Assembly: GCA_030688425.1 (NCBI GenBank) | Contig: JAUYIB010000007.1 | Coordinates: 29,854 to 93,853 of the forward strand | Length of the DNA: 64,000 nucleotides | Reading direction: 5' to 3' | DNA from: Candidatus Omnitrophota bacterium | GTDB taxonomy: Bacteria > Omnitrophota > Gorgyraeia > Zapsychrales > JANLHA01 | Shown: in pieces, positions 63,801 to 64,000 of the stretch | Numbering within the stretch: the first letter of the stretch is position 1 | How the letters are laid out: the number at the start of each line of letters is the position of its first letter | Translations under genes and position numbers: made by a program | Notes under the pieces: generated by a model | Databases searched by the model: none | What the model saw: the letters and a program-made list of their open reading frames with translations, nothing else | What the model was told of the DNA's origin: nothing

Positions 63801-64000
63801 CAGCCGGTGGATTTGAGGCAGCGCGGCCTTTCCAGCCCCAGGACCGGAGACCAGAGCATATTAAAGGACAAGGCCGAACAGCCGGACTTCTACGGCGGGC
63901 ATTTGTTCACCAGCCGCAGAACCATCAGCCGGATCAGCATCGGCGAGCGTCTCGGGCAGATGTCGAACCTTGAAGCGAAAGTCAACCTGGTCCGGCCGGT
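36888..64000 (+). CDS. Giant multidomain membrane-anchored protein, 3'-partial (>9,037 aa in window)
   Basis: An in-frame TAA at 36882 is followed by ATG 36888. My manual translation of this frame reached 64000 without meeting a stop. All + ORFs in the supplied track within this span lie in the other two frames. The translation is globular-looking and carries several catalytic motifs (see the domain features). No obvious SD is present, so the exact start is uncertain. Confidence 0.9.
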   Translation, partial: MTDRLDKIEDQIAVANGSNSNTAISSELALSPEFSAEPIPYKSRFKTWMRAVALLVVMTFLPEQISWAFNYNPAVIWNIEDQKYIEPEFSNVQSTSAEQMVSLRIAAGIKNFLGQIVDKQDTRVQIALPGISQSEDPSRSVIVESKVTISQEHVRDIAAWLRDPAIHPLNCGVYALRDLLAQRQVNVNLEDLSLATLLVDLLNDIVRPGEQKLKTSLYSIHQIVNSYGLDFKAVKVDPQQILKLNTPFIANYESEHFVTVNAVDETNVYFTDIGRTKVEPRESFAKKLSGYVLAADLDKTDVAYEPVSDAAMAFVWGNRWVNHSDDLPGLMDGGDIALQVGMELLQLAMIFISPISFLTYIVSHIMSLLVTAGVVDQDTAFIVTTAFSAAVAAFSIISAGLQAAGQAGTEAGKTAATETGKTVATETGKAVVTETGKTVAESAVVTTAQVGAQTALQAIGNIFIQIGKAIWDAIKSVWEAIKGIFTGETFTKLWSNIADNFTMIGGTSGGAAGAGAPGVTGAVTNAASSNAMKAAAESAAAKSLAGAATKLTSGQIAQLVVKALAAGAIKAIVQLKLPEILEEALGDDFDPILKQAIVGIATSVGSELAMGTFAGIADQFGSPVLTQAMGMGEWKLGADGKTGYFDPSFGQGIAEALKSIPERFVYAGMRALGQILLKEIDEEKFGPDTLASQAFGAMIGDLGALTFRAFTDDLGFSNPVEVKKDEKGYYIEHSLGKDAEGKSIKTQKEYITVDPAKGDHVVAAGNTGRTYLMTENKFLSAFTSRVSQGAFAMAVAYGVDELAGRDATDQFKMLAGRMIGFMSQQVVTAFGPVVVDFFSGKNIAAPGKSVVADGENAQSALQYAGNNFLHNFTHFVDDDLGYGGASTKQAWTRSGFSSLQQFSQFMDHFVDATGFNQQWAEGVKDYRKQLEKQNQERPEGERYDEETIDTMVNLYAMEAHRASQAGFFNTKFAGGIISPDQYSAGGIVEGMKTTLEYIFSAIILSYSPTSRVEDPATGQMVANPDSKAVKIFRDWLGFTYRPILKRASRDGKTNVVEEYVCAPGQPCRGHTAGNKDVLFLFTKFSGKGMNNYFFNFEADQTVIDTPWVNLETGEMYVISGEYQSWFGGAADETFKTADGQSHRFIGGGGEAETAWDNDRHDKKISGVPENMSSLGIASYGHSALYSEGAVAYTAEKDGDRIVTSAASSTNYVGSDGTMNTQFSQFNPWSGKKPTGDDSFLLALAAALFAGVDPATGRFIVDQDAVNRDPAGAVGALFDLARGLFPDDANLAYKTTDENGNTVIQTSNNLVLALIENTTRVIDKSKKFIQDRGEPIIYSDESQGVYAMAAPADANETAGILAEAKGKGMYAWVGSGPEDEGKIFISSQGLKESVNETVITIAPNTELGKALSRAVRGVEGTETQSVQTTWMRLGTDGLPDRRFIIADRLLQNSWETFKDGHEEAPVFIPTMKAGELALSAGLGEILPSLQNTLDLIKKEPGKSIVFEGEGDLAQKLPGTKLSVEAQVAALKKFKEAVAAQSGVGASPEEWPEGDYSTDKLVTVLQGANYSPEKIAEAMAKPPAEQAVMIAEVDASFQLEPADPRVKNERLAEFRKEAIDQVVADTSVKQGFGAALNDNPDQVNLKVADKPLFLNDYGQAYFEGQTTILDSENRPVVVGNVNTVISLSGSRETRGEDSIRTVFTLANPNGNPTVVNENGEIVDLGSGVKAQGIAQGEGVTFGDLYQGYFGVKPSGANTVYLAEAFYTVKEGTGEIEAGRVYSKYANGSINREAYGLVTSGAEKGDSFTFSMVGEYINRAGEKSGTEGASGSSVVKAEIIDTNVQLLTAQDGAAVLLDNRPKAAAKDGQASTGGNQPGAYEIHPFSLMVRDFNAMLGPGSVIVYGSQFGQSPRSDDEKIKNAIVKVNDDGRVTFYLNGKEATLAFDGKIFHVTPPTAVIRAAKPTAAGQAAVATAEVIFGKDSLAAMALTTVLGTEYVTQVAKLEGMLQDAEVLLGDASGRTHSGPFAVMVEDQVKTKVSGKAFYTASPVIEQTAVSLLGGTKKDQMVLTVDPDYIAPNADASKVHSSGISGTGSQLIFTEQGTVEGVFSGVVNAVGPAVTTAPNAWTMEAAPVTTAVFPIFMMIPLLGKVQNPDDQKKDQSILAKSGQKKEGYDIVGIFDELDPVGTETVNGQAWNIYEVDISQKSFSGQLFAGEATGNNAQNFVGVEVVQNADGTITHKAKLMPQGKDIVFNREGAGQGRVTYQADPFQYGFGSRTTGEDGREKITYASMTQSLDSFYLENRQESMITPNATNSNDRVVKLNDEGDVASVDAGLFKNSLFVGGVRKEGQDAAAPLVNAINAFLPGGAQLSLPEGLEFSVPVSQQLTYMGNGAISIKDGQLVVLDGSETMIVSEEGTKSSLVNGGQDMVKMRQTRVGYQKDGIQEYSVLIQTEYPEVLSGGEVTGSKAKLVLPAAAGLMREVSAERDYTQPNLNNADVQPDFDIVRGDVKVSGSDILLAGQVWGKVTPFWSQDGDIASSYIKVQFGQVADTYNPFNVDIKIEQLESFMKAVDKTYRGGAATAEQLQSGMKEAGYKISNDDATKLAKVFNESRAANTPEAREAFKQASQQVLNDKNENPAAQGQGPPGEVALVGHVPGTEYNFFTAADPSQFRPTGDSATSPTQPNAPGMDSQSNTNRPPSKIEAPAPQAADNQGQMDMLALAKPTVLPELPPESPVQPEQQPDASQSEKLLRSAADILKNWTNSMGAAAGDNLGEPFPAESDRPATLILGNVISNRAALKPSADGSGVDSLTIQGDGVVPETKETSEFAKAAETGQPFLTMQMEKDPATGQNVFRINGKNVDPKVMNEFAQSFSEYVSSQSKGDVQILVSNDSSSTTVIPQATVTGGELAMAGSAPNAGAAQSEAPLTPEKQKLMNFLNNPSSQLTPAVPIAAGELTEVPGGSPSSMGASDKASPDQQIPEGVEGGLVFRLGQWDAKRGRNVFTGFVTHAPGGIGSYYGIDKSAADTATGIPTTLSFQSSTYSDSVKISLYRKDANSTDSRFVGIYIDDKGQKIPFNMKNYAGLGVIEGLKYGLTDLASNRQALDENFVFAVSEFAKIFNSYGFAGSKDAPFEAFLQGMKNKQEGQTPYNFGENFVNALVQAEMTHAIELYKKALSSRDMKEYNAYKNKKIDALALPLAEALGLNSNDQLKTEVKNLVWQQLLELEGRIRMGGADVAGYASAEDSVKPGLQEFRNIQFAKTEKEIGSFTTSGSDGRDILAAIPKEEMAEINKLALAQDVREIAAQAGDETARQAVLNNPSLSEDGKVNLVKGILDISSPASLEEAKQRVLNDPSLSADQKAGLANKSPEEVALAQPDLWLKNSASAAQVALVRSDLWAGIGTAKLVLTAADGSPIRRNQTDTNMMGDLALVTKNDEGKYVYLNDQGEKVVTETLPANAQALMFYNPQKKLNGAQTGEGFINWQFAGGEARVLKDGVDGGVWGPANWTFVEGPDGNALTETKTGLILVNEKGTPVLQNGQFVHLTKRDDGNFVDAEGNVVPGNGFVGPLQPGQALAKVAPLGIYLTGAQQGVSTAALSDGSGWNENAGIGQKIRFNDQGAWNLLLENGRVVLPGDYSTMNKVGDAGALGTGLGFFSPNTPQGKGGANQEPKLSLTPHVAKDGILDNGNIVAALGQGIANGGKDSTAGLEFVGLNMVRGRAQFASTLGQQGVSISADQNEVNAARRWLTTLGQGGGEELTMMATGQKLIIMPTLPVLERKINQIRAAKTDGVVVDTDTQRMGVVSKKDFNAAPDAKLGFKTPVRSGQLIVQGTVKGEDGKNKIVFKVIDAERLMGAPEKWIQGTFLNPKSGKTEIVYVRASDWEQRNLTDRLNIPYQGEYGGFRHTHALVTIAGLSKQFELEEMKAELVSEGGIRAGMRVDQLLYAAEDDVTGSDNIDMYLTDAKGHRVAGTKVSVDIGEIKLGTTDAEVAFNGHQVELARGVSLEDVLAGREATQAEWERGFEVSWYQKLWRSDNRIVRVPVADESGNVSYLYREVDDGTFEGKIKGEPIEISSLDYFGENANVRLANESAAVGFWGHLFDSFDTDRNDDNMVAASFDAGGNAHVGIIDFEPTLLGHLVTDEYADSKTGDVVVARGVLNRDDGVKEFFKTGDSADTMATWIGSIDAITAPITVALALTGVGNLANAGKEGAKQAGIRMATEMVKRKLATDAAKILLSETGKAVGRVGLNYAKNYLVISGVSLGLEEAITYHYTGGLMSSDNVVRSLLLSHGFTAAARGLKTVALAEQLKTLQAAAQTSKFFNTPARAAASSLAITTAATTGVSIAGEIVSKGGWDRADVKTAAIRGALLGPVVFSSIYGGSKLVAFSGGGIADYGKLALQTAVLPGVTYGAYGFGTSIADDVQAGREISFADAAFKGGKYGLWAMGVGAGLTLGSRGVLAFSKSGKSLVAVAKTVKTPAMQPYNSLTSAQKFAYVRNVILWRAAGGGAGLAAGNAYSLATRGDFLPTDANIAAFAAGAIFIKLRNPKQYFAAGIQRLGGVTVAGEGAAASKIPILAIPKMVSHGATGFAGAGVLWEGTKGVIGGVARYIDGDPGMYSKAEQFDSKFQLMSTYANTIGGGMSAGLWMGPLIGFAMAGAKTHFGNLVMENQGFVGTTSLVIRAARNGFRPGTVEKLATQYTKTNSSNWLHKALGLTKTAAGELEGNYLAKQVAMVDHLAVFLGATDILNAVNSDALTALALEDPEMAKKISGDHHPLSQKGQEEIMKTAGEIALWEAIVLLPQPGGWPQAKGPRAPPELGYHDGPGYHDGPGYHGSGEGKGQPRTFRDAFGYFREGEDSFAYRERRSPTLLQDPQAQLDPKKEIDRYLGTLPEGERAELDSYSQQAGPMHPDTEAVVAVPVAGHQEAKNIYRTLSNFADQRDSRGSRINPNSFEILLFVNHPEGTSAEATLAEVARFKQDNPNVNVRVVHQTFGAGEFTIGRVRKSTTDLVLKRSQERPEGSDKEVVIISNDADMKSMSPIYISSVVEAFKANPRADAMLGKIDWDNAAYEKSPFVHIGTRMFQYLDAIYRGKHKRIGSSGANYAFRGSTYSAVGGYFRSDRITEDVRLGELFRSARGGNRDSYRGRFLYGSAKMEIQTDARRAMDAVARGLSPAEQWSGGNFGANDALRMKDWLAGEGFDLAQIRTPAFRAKLQDMFRRTLYEYHPNFGPAERRVLGFMGIEYTLEKASRVSPEGQNAVKQRIAELDAQRLAALEKGNTEGAGKIEGQISDLSNIVKRMQEVTTLPVFTDVSKLAAGLEGWHQARGNKPASPERGPAPSTGPPSGKGGRETQGFAFDNGQQKTTRFAEGNGETWQGVVDGHTQGLDASIHAGLKNGTIQRRTVTYQGSKYRTYEFFDVKTGEVKLRIFRGNGVNRYEYVDPSAETTMGRKGGGYVSLAPRDAIGTRQGKDKIVIVHDGSEAVRNHEMTEARVILQQRSFRDGRMRASSAEHARNLTEKDSHDYVADVVGFRGEETSRFSGMLRPVEPAMSGPRMERVQPPAMAPPVEAPLFRLPTTNAPLLPPGLSRGRASEGREVIAFASDNFDSKKEPTKDRADRLAKAAKDLYAGKPIQDAGLSPKETKYAKEIHSIMRTMEAEGDGKGGSISLKGRDEQVFNIASFYVTAKETGKITVSSDTGSGKSEAALGVIKHFQRSDPDLTIVAAFPQKVVGEVVGRADMAGANDGRVNKKFEKGKINVTSLDGVFEVLHETVRTGEKLDSRRTILLVDETDKLFRHSSHVTGSREEGSALLELQKEGNPQATRAVESLDRNMRQFQQANQSLEEMVAEKGLHQVLVNDGFNVTFKSESGRKEFLQRFRSRLSGEQEAVPEAELLKRADALAKEVWEGMYPGQKPDANSQNGFVLYKEGGFTAPNTIPSDRTAAQAKVVRSGGTLEHFINATMSETRNPTTAHDVVNAFDRFLGATATAESTRMSHEIEGVEIVQKAPEKDYVKDVKPVLDSRARKGESYTDAILENLSRPELSEEGRITLASTFLAKAVDDTVSRLRSKAQAEGRAPEYIEGEEAYRHQRGDKEIVTLVAREDPNNPGFLNEGSEKAVRSLIERIQNNPNEEANILVLGLSSGSNLLGIVDALKVKIRANPAEARNLPKVNELFFGIEAEAEIGQFMSRAKEDPQTGRLSPSKIREAIILIENDPHIPSAEYAAAKAALEIADPAAREQAVRSAFSRMIRGHQARMEANSIMGNVHTTSQTAGRISKPELLAKLDQHLRETDQRTTRDHLEASGQKHVQVPTTSGQGYETFVLSSSSPAGIEAISVTNTGDENNKLIGINQTLNYRSGLFYHKDDEEQKNPIAMAVTTDVGGKPQTQKMSVEAVSPAQSSLIGGTTGLAVKVTDAKITGTPVSLGDQITFTKGVGVVSAAGAREPKTIIVGGRFGEQIGANQFRLPYEEDGTTTLQLVRNDKNEIADVERATIAAGKKAIDFGGFVLSPAQTWNLKNNLIQDAKGRNVKAVRAIPTALGVTTMAFDIGETYQIGRDVVDLKGVDGDKRITVGMSPTYRVTEREDGMDELVRQDIELPQDRVEIRTPGGVLTLSKGDYRESSGVVRDSSGNIKGMIFDNGHASAVSNGKLVLSDYSKAGVGLKISAGVQQAIDKGKAEFETIEMEVSPELAADKQFGGHFLDVLKTASVKADGTRVVTTSPVALKSYLDQGQGEKYVQETFLGALNNAPIKWAYKGREGLKVTSVADNPGSHPVLSNAVQTAAAHWKGVADNMADDEVLPVQLRSGETLDLTRAQIQAMATHLAKMQTGGETLTTGQKSHGVMMIEGYSAEIQEKMVEDILQNPAAYEIKEGFTPTQKLRIAHFMADKMLQGHQGTGGDVTGREGRYVYLFDVGRPDIGKQIFKGREDLLGRLEQSKPAGLSEADEMAMIIEHEALSFLGKESDPANRVTLSHDEVVDIQRALVEFDLAADKSVFKKKAEPAAYASAGTGRTMGASEKSMLKKLTPVAPATSMAGLQTAAKPQTLSVQTTTADVSSAAGQVKVPDIKAPPAGVQPSAVPPAAQIKAATPLLPPGLTPAMLPLNLTQAPKSDAQKIASAQRQESQSPSSLLIRPSVPEIPRTQSPVVAMASAAPQMQSVKGAAVASSNISDTTGRGSQAPSVERQTSFVSAQLTDRYGNVIGSMQKGMSSTSAQPGTVGQVVMASQKEGAQPQPGIDISKDMASVFGLRPVEPGELSSITNPQASKATAARDRELTSPRAKQQRELTSVRGKAKTAKDNSMLSKKTVAAGMLAGALAMNTLGADLDAVRRTTIFERPTITKGTNDAIPLIVNFGRQKVDVSVMYNSRKSMDVNDPATVKKLERVADVFVQVRALAPEAFHLIKTIRLDNTDLQTAQAGPDDGSIDVHVDDLFKLNPTNRMELAMGLKDGEEKALITVIHELGHLVQGTMTKAEQREWSRLSFPKATAGDWADEAFGQAYADVVLRRKTSVDYYYQRGKREIKDKDRARAEKENAKMRAFVGRVVDRRKAAWEKRSAFNNIQNDTVGFVQIPSDISWGEVSPRIGSPSAIGDKSMLLSKKLAAIKNPIFEEAGYRINPQTLSIEPVKFNSDTERRQAVSAKISGILADPSRLTAIPKAKGDAAKVETILRMDGYQQPSGEAVPSYMEVVSVDNTMYVRIPAVDKKTGDRYVKANAVELVGLFRNLSGQELESRSNYSGRELQPDTYWAPKKEYVTKHQPYYQEKIHPMVAQAIGASIEGGQVTSQEVDVLDIGGHNGAFIESLNKQLPKIFPDRKFKFELVERNEGSVKAAEAKFKGVKNVTVQKPTDLTQKGISATGPKDVITAIGVLNEQVMSADDARSLAKQAYDTLKPGGVFIVTGGTRTHLTVSDLQSMGFEVRNTSIPSNVAMFEGVEDLMIAVKTAPAARSSALARATTKAADKSMLKDMRLANPAAEKARVVNVVRANILANGRLVQDVRSLGYTADQVQQFATRVADHVSNVSHTETPSFSTTGTLYPYTQPEDQMKLLRAEFRTIIESKKNQPERTFDLVASGLGRQPLEAQLAMKAFYDELKAAGQNPQDWQVRFYGIDYSDESLKGAIKENGTNVIDASTRGMIKIMFPGQSIGGNNLQVNIVAANLLDEQSLRQALPGVKADVILDRHTHYGNHKAMWGDFDKALNEAEARKQPVKNNLNLLGFTIAAVQSSNLIKTVGREGTLYVTEPYTTQSEDNKFGAADNWKTDFKPFVPPGTELMTTNRIAAELSAVNAGAANSLAFSTRNFLPYGTGITRVADVNAVRNAGLRDFQRSMGSAVETARMSDQNLKLAKVGDKSLLTAKVQEPELWGGHVQTSVKTLMRDGEKIGEKVSMKPASPADVTAHPQIAAKNVVANIEPAITAGLRAQPQVRTPDIKAPQAAATKITTTPLLPPAVATAATLKPVTTTLPPAPATLKPVTTILPPVMPQAKKDTEQPRTAAIASARAGDQSMLRNKSGEPREKPVVAAGWNKLVSDRLLAQNRKIAWEPNETPEQFIAQVREGKAAEAINSFVIRRSAGAEDHERRDYHTQAVDFAVTQMVTDRDFAGMERLVTQYNRQNVNISLPTQLMIESLVDNNPAQAYGRLAQASRLDENGPQQIVSLDNMVGHVRLINKFQGRPVSDQQLVQGIREGIGTLPQSRAAMVAVRDFDAEQTLAPAVWQLLKRRGQDADYLHFETVKDNLYVGPDQQLYLKKEQVYQTKPLTAHMDVNNPVREYFAYKIGRAIGANTTETIIAPEKTYSRISLDEKETLPQPTKEQAEAADFVLNVFLRVPDPSKDFVQKSKVGDTVKFFDKDRAFDDDSEPMGEVNEPHSGYLGKLAYYTRENQQHWSAQDFDQATIWETMDRVQQLDIEDVEAGAKPEVDRLGTHATRELAQYASFLHRTRGPQFENDVRAAFKALTGDDLKPREVALRERALRETTRLASQPVDLRQRGLSSPRTGDQSILKDKAEQPDFYGGHLFTSRRTISRISIGERLGQMSNLEAKVNLVRP
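37330..37780 (+). other. Giant ORF domain: C39-like papain-fold cysteine peptidase
   Basis: HPLNCGVYALRDLL has its Cys codon at 37398-37400. NYESEHFVTVNAV has its His codon at 37653-37655, 85 residues later. YFTDIG supplies an Asp 16 residues after the His. This spacing is as in bacteriocin-processing C39 peptidases. A TM helix (WMRAVALLVVMTFL) precedes it and hydrophobic helices (37890-38100) follow. Confidence 0.55.
38112..38207 (+). repeat. Four tandem 24-nt coding repeats (T-E-[AT]-G-K-x-[AV]-x)
   Basis: The units are ACAGAAGCGGGGAAGACGGCGGCG, ACGGAAACAGGGAAAACTGTAGCG, ACGGAAACGGGAAAAGCGGTGGTC and ACGGAAACGGGGAAAACGGTGGCT. All are in frame in the giant ORF. Confidence 0.85.
49420..50860 (+). 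other. Giant ORF region: Gly/Ala-rich hydrophobic block (about ten candidate membrane helices)
   Basis: Candidate segments include ITAPITVALALTGVGNLA, AAIRGALLGPVVFSSIYGG, YGLWAMGVGAGLTLGSRGVLAF, ILWRAAGGGAGLAAGNAYSLA, IAAFAAGAIFIKL and IGGGMSAGLWMGPLIGFAMAGA. This is judged by eye, not by a TM predictor. Confidence 0.45.
51600..52440 (+). other. Giant ORF domain: GT-A fold (GT2-like) glycosyltransferase with DxD
   Basis: AVVAVPVAGHQEAKNIYRTLSNF is a beta1-type start. VVIISNDADM carries the D-A-D at 51966-51974. GANYAFRGSTYSAVGGY and ITEDVRLG also match conserved GT2-family motifs. Confidence 0.55.
53850..55500 (+). other. Giant ORF domain: SecA-motor-like / SF2 helicase-like P-loop ATPase
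   Basis: Walker A is SSDTGSGKSE (53958-53981). A DExD-like Walker B is ILLVDETD (54225-54245). A motif III-like GATATAES lies at 54819-54842. The order and spacing recall the SecA DEAD motor (..TGEGKT.., ..VDEvDS.., ..GMTGTA.TE..). Confidence 0.5.
58900..59420 (+). other. Giant ORF domain: zincin-like metallopeptidase (HELGH)
   Basis: ALITVIHELGHLVQG has HEXXH at 59241-59255, in a ~170-aa segment bounded by two DxSML motifs. Confidence 0.45.
60190..60700 (+). other. Giant ORF domain: class I SAM-dependent methyltransferase
   Basis: Motif I is VLDIGGHNG (60228-60254). The acidic post-I is FELVERN. LKPGGVFIV is also present. This is the Rossmann methyltransferase order. Confidence 0.6.
61060..61610 (+). 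other. Giant ORF domain: second methyltransferase-like module (CheR-type topology)
   Basis: FDLVASGLGRQPLEAQLAM..., WQVRFYGIDYSDESLKGAIKENG and NIVAANLLDEQSL...ADVILDRHTHYG parallel the CheR pattern (WSAGCSTGEEPYSlAm / I.ATDI....L..A..G / F...NLL....fD.IFCRNV.IYF). The SAM-binding residues are not conserved in an obvious way. Confidence 0.35.

Noticed and set aside
62400-63840. Kinase-like module in the last inter-motif interval (EYFAYKIGRAIG..., ADFVLNVFLRVPD)
   Set aside because: The resemblance to PI3/4-kinase or HipA-like folds is vague, and no catalytic DxxxxN / DFG-type motif could be identified.

Overview
This 64-kb window has four blocks. All calls come from manual translation and remembered family motifs. 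No searches, folding or statistics were run, and the domain boundaries inside the giant ORF are approximate.

(1) 1-11.5 kb is the replication-origin neighbourhood. parA, a parS-like site, a jag-like ORF, yidC, yidD and rpmH lie on the minus strand. They diverge from dnaA, dnaN, a DUF721 (DciA-like) gene, gyrB and gyrA on the plus strand. rnpA is absent between rpmH and yidD.

(2) 11.5-16.5 kb starts with tRNA-Glu(UUC), followed by a perfect 17-bp hairpin and a duplicated tRNA 3' fragment. Four housekeeping enzymes follow (2-hydroxyacid dehydrogenase, GST, C-N hydrolase, malate dehydrogenase), then a parvulin lipoprotein.

(3) 16.5-35.5 kb is a Tad/Flp (type IVc) pilus locus with non-canonical features:
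- a secretin fused to a TonB_C-like domain
- CpaE fused to CpaF
- seven tandem plus one distal long Flp-like pilin paralogues
- three TadE/TadG-like proteins, one of ~1,370 aa and Cys-rich
- TadB and TadC, but no prepilin peptidase
- an interposed 584-aa HTH/transposase-like ORF

(4) An AT-rich ~1.1-kb gap follows, holding a consensus promoter, a short structured transcript and a repeated TGTCCA-core motif. Then one plus-strand frame runs from ATG 36888 to the window end with no stop (>9,037 codons). It is missing from the ORF track because it never closes.

Read by eye, the giant protein has these parts, in order:
- an N-terminal membrane anchor and a C39-like Cys/His/Asp peptidase domain
- ~4,000 residues with no recognised motif
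- a Gly/Ala-rich hydrophobic block
- a string of enzyme-like modules: a GT-A glycosyltransferase with DxD, a SecA/SF2-like P-loop ATPase, a HELGH zincin, a class I SAM methyltransferase and a CheR-like methyltransferase

In the 57.8-63.9 kb part of that string, a recurring D-[KQN]-S-[MI]-L-basic motif separates the modules. The Tad locus next to this giant modular protein is the most interesting candidate system here.
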